From positions 12,156-76,155 of the IMG/VR virus record IMGVR_UViG_3300037067_009230: a DNA stretch of 64,000 bases, one strand, 5' to 3'. The notes below the pieces were generated by a model that saw nothing but the letters and a program-made list of their open reading frames with translations, was not told where the DNA came from and did no database searches. Shown here in pieces: positions 34,249 through 44,916 of the stretch (its first letter is position 1; each line of letters opens with the position of its first letter). The position numbers were made by a program, and so were the translations under genes. The stretch is from a virus (Duplodnaviria > Caudoviricetes).

Positions 34249-36723
34249 CTAATTTATTAGATACGGAGATACACTTTTCCAATTTTTTTTACTTGTTTCA
34301 AATTCTACTTTTATAGGTAAAGAATCTATTTCTTTATAGAAATACTTTTTTAATGGAAGTTTCTCCATCGTTTCCCGAATAATTATTATAGATTCATCTA
34401 AGATACTGTCGGGAACATAAAAGTAAATTGCATCATGTATCTCATTTACAATCAATATTTTTGGATCTAATCTATTGGACAATAAAGTCAAAGCCCATAT
34501 TGTTAACTCTCCCCCGGTTCCTTGGATAGGGGAATTTATGGCGTTACGTTCGGCATGACTCCTAACACCCTCATTTATACTATCTATGTCTGGAAGATGA
34601 ACCTTTCTTCCAAAAAAAGTACGCACGTATTTAAATTTTTTACCTTTCTCTTTATATAACTTATGATAAGTTAAAAGATTTGGGTATTTCTTAAAATAGG
34701 CTTCTCTTCTTTTCTTAGCTTCATTAAGTGAAATATTTAAATTATATGTTGTTCTGGCATATTCTCTAAACCCCTCAGGTGAAATCCCATAAATGAACCC
34801 AAAATTCTCTGCCTTCGCTTCGAATCGGTACTGCTTATATAAGTCATGATCTATTACTTTAAACTCATCCAATGTATACCCATGAGAGTTAGCAGCTGTA
34901 ATCTCATGAAGATCCTGATTATTTCTGTATGCATCAATCATTGCAGTTTCTTGTGCATAATGAGCAATAAGTCGTAACTCCATTTGTGAATAATCCGCTG
35001 ATACAAGTGTGTATCCCTCAGGTACAGTAAATGATTGTTTTACGAGAGATACTGAATCCTCAACTACTTTATATTTTGTCCGGGTAATAATATTTTGCAG
35101 ATTAGGTTTATCTGAACTAAGCCTGCCAGTTTTAGCAACGTGCTGATTAAAATTAGTATGGATAAAATGATTCTCATCAAGTTTATTAAGGATACTCTCC
35201 AAATAAGTACTAACTAATTTCTTTAATTGCCTATAAACCATTAATTGTTCAATAAATCCAGATTTATCATTAATAAGACTTAGATTATCTGCCCCAGTTG
35301 AATCGTCTGAGTTACCATAATGATTCTCAGGTTTTTTAAAATTAAAACCTTCTTTTGAAAAGAATAATTCCTTTAACTGATCAGGGCTATTAAAATTAAT
35401 ACTTTGACTTTCAACAGTTATTGTACCTGATTTAAATCCCGATATTTGATTCTCTAATTCTGTTATTTTTCTTTGATTATTAGTTTGAGCAGTTTTACTC
35501 TTAAATTCTGCATTTTGACACTTTTCCAATTTTGCCACCAAATTATTGATAGTGTCTATCCTAAATTGTTCTGTTTTAAACATATCAAATTTTGTAACAG
35601 CGGTATGCATTCTCATAATACTTTCTTGATCCTCAATAAGTTCTTCAACATTACGAATAGATTCTGTAATAAAATCTTTATCTACTAACATCCCCGTCTC
35701 CTCCACTTTAAAGAATGCCTTTGTAGCAGCAGCGGTAAGATTCCGATACATAAGATAAAGATGATCATCCTTTAAAAGAATATCAGTTAATACCCAATAT
35801 AATCTAAATGTAAGATCTGAATCCAGTGCATTATATCTGGCCAAATCATTTAAAGGTATATTAGCCCAATCTTTTGTAATAGCCTTTTCATAATTAGCAA
35901 ACCGTGGAAAAAAGTCACGTACTATATCTTTTAATTTATGTGATAAATTCTCATCATAGAGTTGATGCATTAGCATAGTATCATGAAATGGTCCTCTAAA
36001 TTCGGTTACACCACACCATGCCAAACAATGCATATCAAATTTAATATGATGACCCACTTTAGTTATATTCGGATTACCAAATACCCTTTTATTTAACTCA
36101 TGAAAAATAAATTTTATTTGGGTATCACTAAAAGGACTTTCCTTATGATATAAAGGTATCACATAACTGGAACCCTGCTGAAAACTAATAGATAAGGAAG
36201 TGCAATAAAAGTCCGGATCAAATGTACCCATATCAGTAAGTTCAGTAGTCTCAAAATCAAAGCAGCAATAACCCGTTTGTTTTATATAAAGTATAAGTTC
36301 GGCCAATGTTACCATATCTGTCACAACCTTATACTGATTTTCTACTTCCTCCTTCTTTATACCCATAGAGATATGATAAGCTACAAGCATATCCTCGGCA
36401 AATTTTCTAAGATAATTAGGATTATGATCTATAAATCCGGGAGAAACTATTGGAACTACCGGTATTCCAGATGGTGCGGTTTGAACAGTCCCTGCATATT
36501 TAGTAATGCCATGTAGGTTTGCTATGTAATTAAGGGATTTTTCCCCAATAGGAACAATCACATCCGCTTCTGTAATCTTAAGAAGGGGATTTAAATCTAC
36601 TATCTGAACATTGGCCGGATCTATCTTAACTACATCATACATCACACTCTCAAGTAATTTATAACTTGCAGAGCCGGGATATAATGTCTTTTCCTTAATT
36701 AGAACTATCTTTCCGTCTTGCAT
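34249..36723 (-). CDS. polA: Family A DNA polymerase with N-terminal UDG-like domain
   Basis: Exo I FDFETT; motif A ADYSQMELR; motif B KAENFGFIYG; motif C IHDA. Confidence 0.95.
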   Translation of the reverse strand: MQDGKIVLIKEKTLYPGSASYKLLESVMYDVVKIDPANVQIVDLNPLLKITEADVIVPIGEKSLNYIANLHGITKYAGTVQTAPSGIPVVPIVSPGFIDHNPNYLRKFAEDMLVAYHISMGIKKEEVENQYKVVTDMVTLAELILYIKQTGYCCFDFETTELTDMGTFDPDFYCTSLSISFQQGSSYVIPLYHKESPFSDTQIKFIFHELNKRVFGNPNITKVGHHIKFDMHCLAWCGVTEFRGPFHDTMLMHQLYDENLSHKLKDIVRDFFPRFANYEKAITKDWANIPLNDLARYNALDSDLTFRLYWVLTDILLKDDHLYLMYRNLTAAATKAFFKVEETGMLVDKDFITESIRNVEELIEDQESIMRMHTAVTKFDMFKTEQFRIDTINNLVAKLEKCQNAEFKSKTAQTNNQRKITELENQISGFKSGTITVESQSINFNSPDQLKELFFSKEGFNFKKPENHYGNSDDSTGADNLSLINDKSGFIEQLMVYRQLKKLVSTYLESILNKLDENHFIHTNFNQHVAKTGRLSSDKPNLQNIITRTKYKVVEDSVSLVKQSFTVPEGYTLVSADYSQMELRLIAHYAQETAMIDAYRNNQDLHEITAANSHGYTLDEFKVIDHDLYKQYRFEAKAENFGFIYGISPEGFREYARTTYNLNISLNEAKKRREAYFKKYPNLLTYHKLYKEKGKKFKYVRTFFGRKVHLPDIDSINEGVRSHAERNAINSPIQGTGGELTIWALTLLSNRLDPKILIVNEIHDAIYFYVPDSILDESIIIIRETMEKLPLKKYFYKEIDSLPIKVEFETSKKNWKSVSPYLIN

Positions 36724-37144
36724 ATACTTTTCCCTCCTTAAGAATTAAATTAGTTGTAGGTATTGTTCTTTTAAGATATTCAATAACAGCTATATCATCT
36801 TTAGTACGAGCCAAATCAGATACAGCATCAACAAGTTCCTGAAATAATAACGGCTCTCCTTCCTCTTCATATTTTATGGCTAATTCTTCAATTTTAGCCA
36901 TATTAACAGAATCAAAATCAGTTTGATCCAACAAAGGACCATGCTTTTGTTCAAAGTCTGTTTTCTTCTTTTGAATAATTCCCTGAAACTTTATACCACA
37001 TATCTCTATGTCGGCACATATTGAACAATCTTTATCCTGAGGATTATAAAATTCTGTTCCAAAACAATCCCCAGCCGACCCATCCAGTATAGTTACTGGT
37101 TTTAAGAGGTCTACTTTCTGCTTCGTTTCCTTTGGCTTTCTCAT
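36695..37144 (-). CDS. Hypothetical protein with four-Cys motif
   Basis: CFG...DCSICADIEIC. Confidence 0.6.
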   Translation of the reverse strand: MRKPKETKQKVDLLKPVTILDGSAGDCFGTEFYNPQDKDCSICADIEICGIKFQGIIQKKKTDFEQKHGPLLDQTDFDSVNMAKIEELAIKYEEEGEPLLFQELVDAVSDLARTKDDIAVIEYLKRTIPTTNLILKEGKVYARRKDSSN

Positions 37145-37148
37145 AATT

Positions 37149-38630
37149 TTAATTTATTATAACATTTCTCATACGCTTAACATCTTTAATATCAAAATGA
37201 TAAATAATCTCTAACTCTTCTGCTTTATATAAATTTATACGTTCTATGGAGTGCTTTTGTACAAACCTACCAATGTCATAAAAATCATGAAATTCTACTT
37301 CACTCTTAGATTCATGGATTCTTTCTCCCCTGCCCATCCATTGCTTAATATAAGACTTTGATTTACCTCCGGCAGCGTTGATAATGGTAGATATTCTAGG
37401 TAAATTTACTCCCTCTTTTATGACACCTGTAGAAATAAGTACATCAATCTCATTATCCCTAAATGCATCAATCTTGGTAAATATTTCTTTATCTTTTGAG
37501 TGTGTAAGTTCAGTAATAAGCCCCTGTTGTTTAAGATATTTACAGATAAGATCCCCCTGCTCTGTTTTTTCTACTGCAACTAATATAGGACCTGTAGACA
37601 AACGACCTTTAATAATTTCGTACATTAAAGACATCCTCTCTATGGATTCCATTATCAATTTATGGATACAATCATCATAATCAACTACTGGGTCATATAA
37701 AATTGTATTACATAAATGCATGTGTACTTTAATTGGGGTACTTATGCCTCTATCCATAAGATATCTTTTTGATACTTTAATAAGTTTTGGGCCCGATAAA
37801 CCAACCTTAACCATATTCGCTACAATATCATCAGAATCAAAAGCAGACCCAGAAAGAAATAATCGTACAGAAGCTGGACAATGAACTAATACTTTGGAAT
37901 ACATATCGCTTCCGGCTCTGTGGGCTTCATCGACTGCTAAAACAGTGAAACTATTTAAATCTTTTATAAAATTAAGATCCTCAATACGATTATACATAGT
38001 CTGAATCATAGCTACCGTAATTGGCTTAATGATATAATTCTTATCATTAATCTGTCCAATCTCTGTAAATACAGATTCAAAATATTTAACCAAGTCTCGA
38101 TAGATAGTTTTCCTATGGATAACAATAAGCATCCTTTCTTCTGTTTTCAAGTTCAGATAAACCCCCACCATAACAGCAGTTTTTCCGGCATTCGTAGCTG
38201 CATCTGCCACACCTCTTGGAAAATATATACTTGTACCTCTGAACTTTATATAATTATTAAATGATTCAATTATATGCTTTTGATGGATGTACTGCTCATT
38301 AATTTCCTGAGAACCTATCTTTGATACAAACTCCGATTTAAATTGGGGTATATTCTGTCTTAGGTCGTTAATTGTGACTTCAAGGGTAGGGTACTCTTCA
38401 TCAATAAACTTAAGAAATACAGGCAAAAACCCGGTAGCCATAGCCCCCCGCTTAGTGAGAAAATATTTCATCCCATCCCAGTGAAACTTTAAAGCCTTAG
38501 CAGCAAAGAAACTACCCGGAACTTTGACTGACATATACTCCCTACAATGCTCCAATAAATTAGGATCAACTAAATTATCCTTACCACCTATGGTAATCTG
38601 ACATTTTATGTTCTCAATCGATATAATCAT
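37149..38630 (-). CDS. SF2 DNA helicase (UvsW-like)
   Basis: TNAGKT, VDEAH, SGS, EGVNLP, QWMGRGER. Confidence 0.9.
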   Translation of the reverse strand: MIISIENIKCQITIGGKDNLVDPNLLEHCREYMSVKVPGSFFAAKALKFHWDGMKYFLTKRGAMATGFLPVFLKFIDEEYPTLEVTINDLRQNIPQFKSEFVSKIGSQEINEQYIHQKHIIESFNNYIKFRGTSIYFPRGVADAATNAGKTAVMVGVYLNLKTEERMLIVIHRKTIYRDLVKYFESVFTEIGQINDKNYIIKPITVAMIQTMYNRIEDLNFIKDLNSFTVLAVDEAHRAGSDMYSKVLVHCPASVRLFLSGSAFDSDDIVANMVKVGLSGPKLIKVSKRYLMDRGISTPIKVHMHLCNTILYDPVVDYDDCIHKLIMESIERMSLMYEIIKGRLSTGPILVAVEKTEQGDLICKYLKQQGLITELTHSKDKEIFTKIDAFRDNEIDVLISTGVIKEGVNLPRISTIINAAGGKSKSYIKQWMGRGERIHESKSEVEFHDFYDIGRFVQKHSIERINLYKAEELEIIYHFDIKDVKRMRNVIIN

Positions 38631-39048
38631 AATCTTCGCATCCCACTTCTTTTAAACCGGTTACAAATTTATTATAAGCTATCTTATCGTGCTTTTTTCT
38701 ATATTCCATAATCTGGGGAAGATCTTTGAAATTCTTAATAGATTCAAAATCCCTGTCATCTAATTTCTCATGGCAACCTTTATGGTCTCCAAAATTTTGA
38801 CAACGTAATTTAAAATTTTCTGGGTCTGTTTCTAAATCCACTCTTTGTCCTACCGGAATATTATGGCTGTGACCAAAGGAACCCTGACCACTAATACCAC
38901 AACTGGAACAAAATAAATAGTCAAACTCATCTATTAATTGCTGATCCTGTTCCTTACGAGCTTTTAAATACTCAGCCTTGTGGCGTGCGCGTTTTGAATT
39001 TAACCTCTTTATAGGGTATCTCTTTTTTACTTTTGATTGCTTTATCAT
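38614..39048 (-). CDS. HNH/NinG-like nuclease
   Basis: CSSCG...HSHNIP...NFKLRCQ...CHEKLD. Confidence 0.65.
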   Translation of the reverse strand: MIKQSKVKKRYPIKRLNSKRARHKAEYLKARKEQDQQLIDEFDYLFCSSCGISGQGSFGHSHNIPVGQRVDLETDPENFKLRCQNFGDHKGCHEKLDDRDFESIKNFKDLPQIMEYRKKHDKIAYNKFVTGLKEVGCEDYDYID

Positions 39049-39820
39049 ATCCTGCGTCTTGTTGTGTTTCTTTGCCTGTATATATTTTATAATTTAATTT
39101 TGCATTATCCCCATGTAATTGAGAAAATTCAGGAACACTCTTAAGATAACCCCACTTTTCAAACTGGGCATTCATCCAATCATCATAATCAGCCTTTAAA
39201 TCTTCTGCATCCTGCTTAGCATATAATAAATGTATATACTTATCAGAATTTAATACTATCTCTGAGTTAACCCCGGCATATTTTTTCATAGCCTCTATCC
39301 AACAATTATGCATCTTCTTGGTTAATTCCGGAGTTGGATCATCATTAATTGTATTTATATTCTGATATGTAGAAGATATCCAATCAGCAGAGGCCTTTAA
39401 CCGGTATAAACTATACTTCTTATTTAACAATTTAACGCCTAACTGAATATATTGCTTGAAACCTGTTTCATAAGGAACATTGTATAAAGTGCAAAAATCC
39501 ACAGCTTGTCGGGTAATCTCCTTAAGAGTTAAATATTGTGGATCTTTTTTATGTATTGGAAGAACTTTTATATTATTCTCCATCATTACAATATTATATA
39601 TACCATTAAAAGTATCTACCCATTCAGATTCAGTATCAATAACCCTCTCTGCTTTTTTTCGGGAATTAGATGGTAAAACCACATTAATACGATTCCTAAT
39701 AGAATATTTCATGGCTGCTCGCATAATATCATTAATCCTTGCAGCAGTCACATCTAAAAACATGCTTTCAAGTACTTTAACTAAATCTGATCTTTTTATA
39801 TGAATCGAAGGGTCTCTCAT
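38972..39820 (-). CDS. Hypothetical replication-module protein
   Basis: 282-aa ORF between primase and nuclease. Confidence 0.7.
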   Translation of the reverse strand: MRDPSIHIKRSDLVKVLESMFLDVTAARINDIMRAAMKYSIRNRINVVLPSNSRKKAERVIDTESEWVDTFNGIYNIVMMENNIKVLPIHKKDPQYLTLKEITRQAVDFCTLYNVPYETGFKQYIQLGVKLLNKKYSLYRLKASADWISSTYQNINTINDDPTPELTKKMHNCWIEAMKKYAGVNSEIVLNSDKYIHLLYAKQDAEDLKADYDDWMNAQFEKWGYLKSVPEFSQLHGDNAKLNYKIYTGKETQQDAGYDKAIKSKKEIPYKEVKFKTRTPQG

Positions 39821-40815
39821 GCTTTTACTGATTTTAAATCATTCATTTCTTTATATAAAAAACTCATATCTACCCACGGAGTATTTTTTTCTACTTCAAA
39901 TACTATATCCTTACCTATCTCATTAACATCTTTTCCAAGACCCTCTTTCTGACAAGAAGTAAGATTCAATACTTTTATTTTTTTCGTATTACCTTTAACA
40001 GAAAACAGTTCATACCCCATGTCTAATCCATTTGCATAAAAACCCGCATCTGGAATAATAATTAATTCCTTAATAGGGCTATTAATAACAATATTCCTTT
40101 GTATTACACTCCATATAGAACCTTGCATGGAAGAACCCCTTTCTCCTATTGTAGCAGCACACGCCCAACCTTCTGTTAGATATACTTTATCTTGTAGTAA
40201 AAAAGCTTCCTCATTAAAAAATACTTCCCCCTTTCCTACACCAACTTTTCCTTTATCCGGATTTTTATACCTTTCAAAATTACCAATAAAATCCCTGCCT
40301 ATAAAATAGGTTAATATACCATGACGTTTAAATGGGATAATAATGTATCCGAAATAGTTATCCTTTGGGTTGTCTGCAAGCTCATCACAATAACCCACCC
40401 CGATTCTATCAAGATAATTTAAATCAAATCCACGACCACGGAGATAATTTCTGGCTCTGTTTGCCAAAACAGTAGATCCTGAAAGGATAGGTTTATATCC
40501 TATAGGTAAAAATAATTTTATATCTTTGGTGATTCTTTTTATAGACTGAGGAATTTTAATAATCCCTGTCTCCATAGAATCTATTAACTCACGGGTTTCA
40601 AAGTAACTAATATCATGGTAAATCTGTATTATATCCAGTAAAAACCTGTTACGATAACAACCCCTCCAACATTTACCAATCAAATAATCAAAATGAACAG
40701 CTAATTTATGTTTACCACATACAGGACAGGTACATTGATACCACCCATTAGAACTATGTTCTATGGGACCATGAAACTTTTCAAAATAAGCATACAATTT
40801 GTCCCGATCTATCAT
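39817..40815 (-). CDS. DnaG-type DNA primase
   Basis: Zn finger CPVC...CWRGC, FIGRDF...KNP, TOPRIM LTEGW and PDAG. Confidence 0.85.
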   Translation of the reverse strand: MIDRDKLYAYFEKFHGPIEHSSNGWYQCTCPVCGKHKLAVHFDYLIGKCWRGCYRNRFLLDIIQIYHDISYFETRELIDSMETGIIKIPQSIKRITKDIKLFLPIGYKPILSGSTVLANRARNYLRGRGFDLNYLDRIGVGYCDELADNPKDNYFGYIIIPFKRHGILTYFIGRDFIGNFERYKNPDKGKVGVGKGEVFFNEEAFLLQDKVYLTEGWACAATIGERGSSMQGSIWSVIQRNIVINSPIKELIIIPDAGFYANGLDMGYELFSVKGNTKKIKVLNLTSCQKEGLGKDVNEIGKDIVFEVEKNTPWVDMSFLYKEMNDLKSVKA

Positions 40816-40826
40816 ATTAGTATAAT

Positions 40827-42152
40827 TTAATCATCCGTTGCATCCGAATTATATTCATCTTTACAAACCTCTTTTACTTCCATTATCTTCTCATCAACAT
40901 GAATTAAACACTCAACACCCTGCTTGAATCGTACACCCTCCCTTTGACATACAGGTACAATTCTCCTAAATCCTTCCTCTATCTCTGTATCTGTTGCACA
41001 AATAGCAAAAACACCATGTGCATTCATCGCTTTCCCAAAATCCTCTGCAAGATCACCCATATCAAAAACCTTCTTCCCAATAGCTTTTCTATTAACCTGT
41101 GAGGGAGCTATGGCAAATGTTCCAAGTTTCTTATTTAAATTGATAGCTTCATCATATACTAATTGAATCCTGATTCGGGTATCTCGTTTCTGATCTAATA
41201 CATTTGAAGGGATAAATTTATCAATGGTATCATAAATTATAATATCTGGCATCCAGCTATTTTTTTCCTTTAAATAAGTTAATCGTGCCTCAACGTCAGT
41301 CATACTTTTTGAATAAGCCGGATAAGTATCAATAAAAATATCCCCCCTCATAAAATGCCCAAACTTATATAAAATCTCATCTAATTCTTCCTGTACACTT
41401 GACTCATAAAGCTCATGGAGCTCACAGTTCATTAAAGCCATTTTAAGCCTATTTCTAATACTGGTAGCACCATTTTCATTGTCTGCATAATATACTTTTG
41501 CACCTCCTCTGGCAAATTCTAAAGCTATTTTTAAAATTATACCCGTCTTAAAATGCTTAGGCCCTGATAAGAAAATAATCAATTGGGGAGAATAGAAACC
41601 CCCCGCAGCTGTCATATCATTAAGATCTTCAAGAAAGGTGGGAAGTCCCTGAATCCGTTCATCCTTATGTTTATATCTATCCTCAACTAAAAATCCTCCA
41701 TCCTCATGAGCAGTTACACCAACAGATTTAACAAGTGATGAGAGTTTATCAACTTTCTCGAATACTTGATTTACACTTAATCGTTTTGCAGCATAATCCA
41801 TGAAGGTATCCTGCAAACTCTTTTGCTGTATCTCAACAATAATAGTATCTTCTATTTTCCGTATATCCCCATCAGGAATAGAAAGATATATATCCTCAAA
41901 GTTATCTCTCAAACTTTGACTCATACCCTCCGTCAGATCTGGTGTAATCTGAATCTGCTCCTCTAAAAATTGTTTAGCTGTAACCTTAGATGGTAATGAT
42001 CTGTATAACTTATAGTATTTTTTTAGAATTTGAATAGATAATTTATCTTCTATCAGGTCAAAAAAATCTTCCCCCAGATCATTTAAATAAATTTCCCCAT
42101 TAGGACATTGCACCAGATACTGTAAAACTAACAGTTTATAGTCTGATATCAT
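40827..42152 (-). CDS. DnaB-like replicative helicase
   Basis: Walker A variant SGPKHFKT, IIIYDTID, PSQVNR, DLAEDFGKA. Confidence 0.8.
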   Translation of the reverse strand: MISDYKLLVLQYLVQCPNGEIYLNDLGEDFFDLIEDKLSIQILKKYYKLYRSLPSKVTAKQFLEEQIQITPDLTEGMSQSLRDNFEDIYLSIPDGDIRKIEDTIIVEIQQKSLQDTFMDYAAKRLSVNQVFEKVDKLSSLVKSVGVTAHEDGGFLVEDRYKHKDERIQGLPTFLEDLNDMTAAGGFYSPQLIIFLSGPKHFKTGIILKIALEFARGGAKVYYADNENGATSIRNRLKMALMNCELHELYESSVQEELDEILYKFGHFMRGDIFIDTYPAYSKSMTDVEARLTYLKEKNSWMPDIIIYDTIDKFIPSNVLDQKRDTRIRIQLVYDEAINLNKKLGTFAIAPSQVNRKAIGKKVFDMGDLAEDFGKAMNAHGVFAICATDTEIEEGFRRIVPVCQREGVRFKQGVECLIHVDEKIMEVKEVCKDEYNSDATDD

Positions 42153-42154
42153 CC

Positions 42155-42499
42155 CTATTCTTTTTCCTTATCGCCTATTTCTGATTCCATATAATTCCAA
42201 ACACGACCAACTATCAGAGGATTAGGATGTTCTCCTATAATTTTCTTAATTGTACTAAGTTCATTAATAGTTAAATCAACATCCCCATTTGCTTTTTTGA
42301 TCTTTTCAGCCAGTAAGAAACGATTATAACGTTCTATATCGGTACACGTAGCATCCTCTTTAGTTAGGTTTCCCATAACTACCTCATCAAGAAAAATAGG
42401 TACCTCAATCTCTTTTTTATCACCATCCAAATCAATTCGTTTAATCTGTTGACCATTCAAATTATACAATCCCTGCTTCTTAAAGTTAATTGTTGCCAT
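42155..42499 (-). CDS. Hypothetical protein
   Basis: 114-aa ORF with its own promoter. Confidence 0.65.
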   Translation of the reverse strand: MATINFKKQGLYNLNGQQIKRIDLDGDKKEIEVPIFLDEVVMGNLTKEDATCTDIERYNRFLLAEKIKKANGDVDLTINELSTIKKIIGEHPNPLIVGRVWNYMESEIGDKEKE

Positions 42500-42529
42500 A
42501 ATCCTAATTTTTTAGTATTTTAATATATA

Positions 42530-42560
42530 CAAAGATAGATAAATCTTTTGAATTCCCAAA
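42530..42560 (-). promoter_or_regulatory. Bacteroidota promoter TTTG-N19-TATCTTTG heading the replication module
   Basis: Both boxes with consensus spacing. Confidence 0.7.
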
Positions 42561-42565
42561 CTTAT

Positions 42566-44320
42566 TTAATACTTTCCGAAAGTACCTCTATAACGACCAA
42601 AAGTTCCTTTATAACGACCATATTTTAATGATGGATTTATAATCTCTTCAATATATTCATAAGCTCCGATAGAGGGACTTGAAAAATATGCGTTACCGGC
42701 ATAGTCAGTAGTTGTGCTAGTACTGATTCCTGCATGATAAGCGGGAGAGCTGGTTGATGACAGTGTATAATCTGTTAATGAAGTAAGCAGGGGATTTTGT
42801 CCAAGTATGTTTCCTGAGTTAGTATAATTTGTTGGTACGAAACCATCAACCCATTCTGGAGCATTATTATTACCATTCCCATAACATAGATTATTTCTGA
42901 TGTAAAGATCATCAAACAAAGTTCTTGACCCTAATGCATGGATGGCTGCTCCATCAAATCCAACTATAATATTATTTTCTATCCACCAATGTTGATTACT
43001 CATTGACGCTGACAACTCAAGTCCCCACCTGCTTACAGTGGTACGGTTAGGATCAGCTATTATAGTATTATGCCGGATGTAATTGTATACAGAACTAGCC
43101 TGATCAACATAGTTATCAGGATAATAGAAGCCCCAAGTTTGAAAGTCTGCATCTGATCGACCTAAGTCCATCAAAAGATTAATCTCTATTGTGGTATAAC
43201 TCATTTGATCATACCCTGTATAATTGTGTAAAGGACGATACAACGCAATTGCAACTTTTCTGATCTTATTCCTTCGAATTATCAGATGCTCAATTCTTCC
43301 TTCTATGTCAATCCCAACTTCCTGTTGACCTTGTATTTCATCATATCCAATGTCATTTCTGTCGATATCAACTGAATATCCCGCTCCAACAGCATCTACC
43401 ATGTTAACTAAATCAAAAGCTCCTATAATTCTGTTATTATAAAACCTGTCTCCTCCTAATCCATTCCACCATTCAATAGCAAATCCCCAATTACTGTTAG
43501 GAGTTGTCTCAGTATGTGCAAAATTATCGTGTATATCACTATGCTTATTAAATCCCAGATCTCCAAACTTAATAGCATAACCATTCAGTCCTACCCCTCG
43601 TCCTAACTGAATAAGAGCACAATTATATACTTTGATCCCATCCTGGCTACCGATCCTGATTAATCCTTTTCCTTCACCATTATCTCTTGTTCCTGAGTAA
43701 CCTGAACAGTTAATAATCTCACAGTCATATACTTCATTACCTGTTGCCCAATAAGAAGGCATTACTGCATAATCACAATTATCAGGTTCGCCTTTAGTTT
43801 TGTTGCTATATGGATTGTCAGCTGTAAATGTAGTTTCGTCTTGACCTATAAGGACTATACCTTCTGTTGTAAAATCAATAATTTTAAGATGATGTAATTT
43901 AACATTACACCTCGCAAGAACCTTTATTGCTCTATATCCTGTCATATCCCCATCAATTGTCATATAAGATATGCTCTGATTCCCATAATTTGTATTTCCC
44001 CAATATCCCCAAGATTCAAGAGCAAGACATGAACCTTCCGTATATGTAAGATTAAGTATTGTATTATCAATTCCAGACCCAACAATTGATACTCCGTCTG
44101 CCAATTCAAGTTTTGTTGAGCATGAGAACGTTCCACTTCCAAAATGAATTATATCACCCTCGCTTGTCGCAGTTGCTACAGCATAAGCAGCAGTAAGCCA
44201 AGGTGAACCATTAAGTCCTGTATTGCCGTTATTACCATTAGTTGCCACATAGTAATCAGTTGCAAATACGCGCAGTGTGCAAAATATTATTACTATAGAT
44301 ATTAATAGCTTTCTCATCAT
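42566..44320 (-). CDS. Right-handed beta-helix (pectate-lyase-like) protein with signal peptide
   Basis: YYVATNGNN..G...PW, GDIIHFGSGTF, Asn-ladder repeats, C-terminal SSPAYHAG...PSIGAYE. Confidence 0.75.
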   Translation of the reverse strand: MMRKLLISIVIIFCTLRVFATDYYVATNGNNGNTGLNGSPWLTAAYAVATATSEGDIIHFGSGTFSCSTKLELADGVSIVGSGIDNTILNLTYTEGSCLALESWGYWGNTNYGNQSISYMTIDGDMTGYRAIKVLARCNVKLHHLKIIDFTTEGIVLIGQDETTFTADNPYSNKTKGEPDNCDYAVMPSYWATGNEVYDCEIINCSGYSGTRDNGEGKGLIRIGSQDGIKVYNCALIQLGRGVGLNGYAIKFGDLGFNKHSDIHDNFAHTETTPNSNWGFAIEWWNGLGGDRFYNNRIIGAFDLVNMVDAVGAGYSVDIDRNDIGYDEIQGQQEVGIDIEGRIEHLIIRRNKIRKVAIALYRPLHNYTGYDQMSYTTIEINLLMDLGRSDADFQTWGFYYPDNYVDQASSVYNYIRHNTIIADPNRTTVSRWGLELSASMSNQHWWIENNIIVGFDGAAIHALGSRTLFDDLYIRNNLCYGNGNNNAPEWVDGFVPTNYTNSGNILGQNPLLTSLTDYTLSSTSSPAYHAGISTSTTTDYAGNAYFSSPSIGAYEYIEEIINPSLKYGRYKGTFGRYRGTFGKY

Positions 44321-44916
44321 TCTACTTTTGAGCTTGTTGTTGTCACGTAATCCTTGTCCGGTACTGATACCTGCACACGTCCTATAAGAAAATTATCGCC
44401 AGTTGCTGATCCGCTGTATGGGACTACAGCTATTGCTGTGCATCCGGAGGGTGTTGTAAAGGGAACTGATATACGAACCGGAGATGTTGATGTGCTGCTA
44501 TAATAAGAATCGTTAGCAATTGTCGCCCATCCATTTGAAGTGTCGTATATTACATATTCAGCAGAAGACCCTGAAGATCCCCTTGTTGCATCAAAACTAA
44601 GTACATAACTTGTGCTTGCTGTTAATCCTGTTATTCCCTGAGAAGATCCCCCCCAAGCTGATGATAATGTAATCCGATCCATTGTGGTATTACCACTTAA
44701 ATCATTTCCTGCATTTGCTGTAATAGTTGTATTTGAATTATCCCATGCAGCATTATCTATTTGCTCAGAATATAAGAGTAAATTCTGTACACTAGTAGAA
44801 GATGAAGAAGCAGTAGCAAACATTCCGGAAGCTTGCCCCTGTATATAATTGCAACAAAATAATATTAATACACCAATAATTAATTTTTTCATTCCAATGA
44901 CCCGATTAATTTCCAT
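44317..44916 (-). CDS. Carbohydrate-binding-module-like protein with signal peptide
   Basis: NLLLYSEQIDNAAW...Y.LSFDA...RISVPFTTP...QV jelly-roll pattern. Confidence 0.55.
   Translation of the reverse strand: MEINRVIGMKKLIIGVLILFCCNYIQGQASGMFATASSSSTSVQNLLLYSEQIDNAAWDNSNTTITANAGNDLSGNTTMDRITLSSAWGGSSQGITGLTASTSYVLSFDATRGSSGSSAEYVIYDTSNGWATIANDSYYSSTSTSPVRISVPFTTPSGCTAIAVVPYSGSATGDNFLIGRVQVSVPDKDYVTTTSSKVE

Noticed and set aside
34249-36723. Introns or inteins in polA, terL or the helicases
   Set aside because: Reading frames are continuous, and no intein splice motifs or homing endonuclease inserts were seen.
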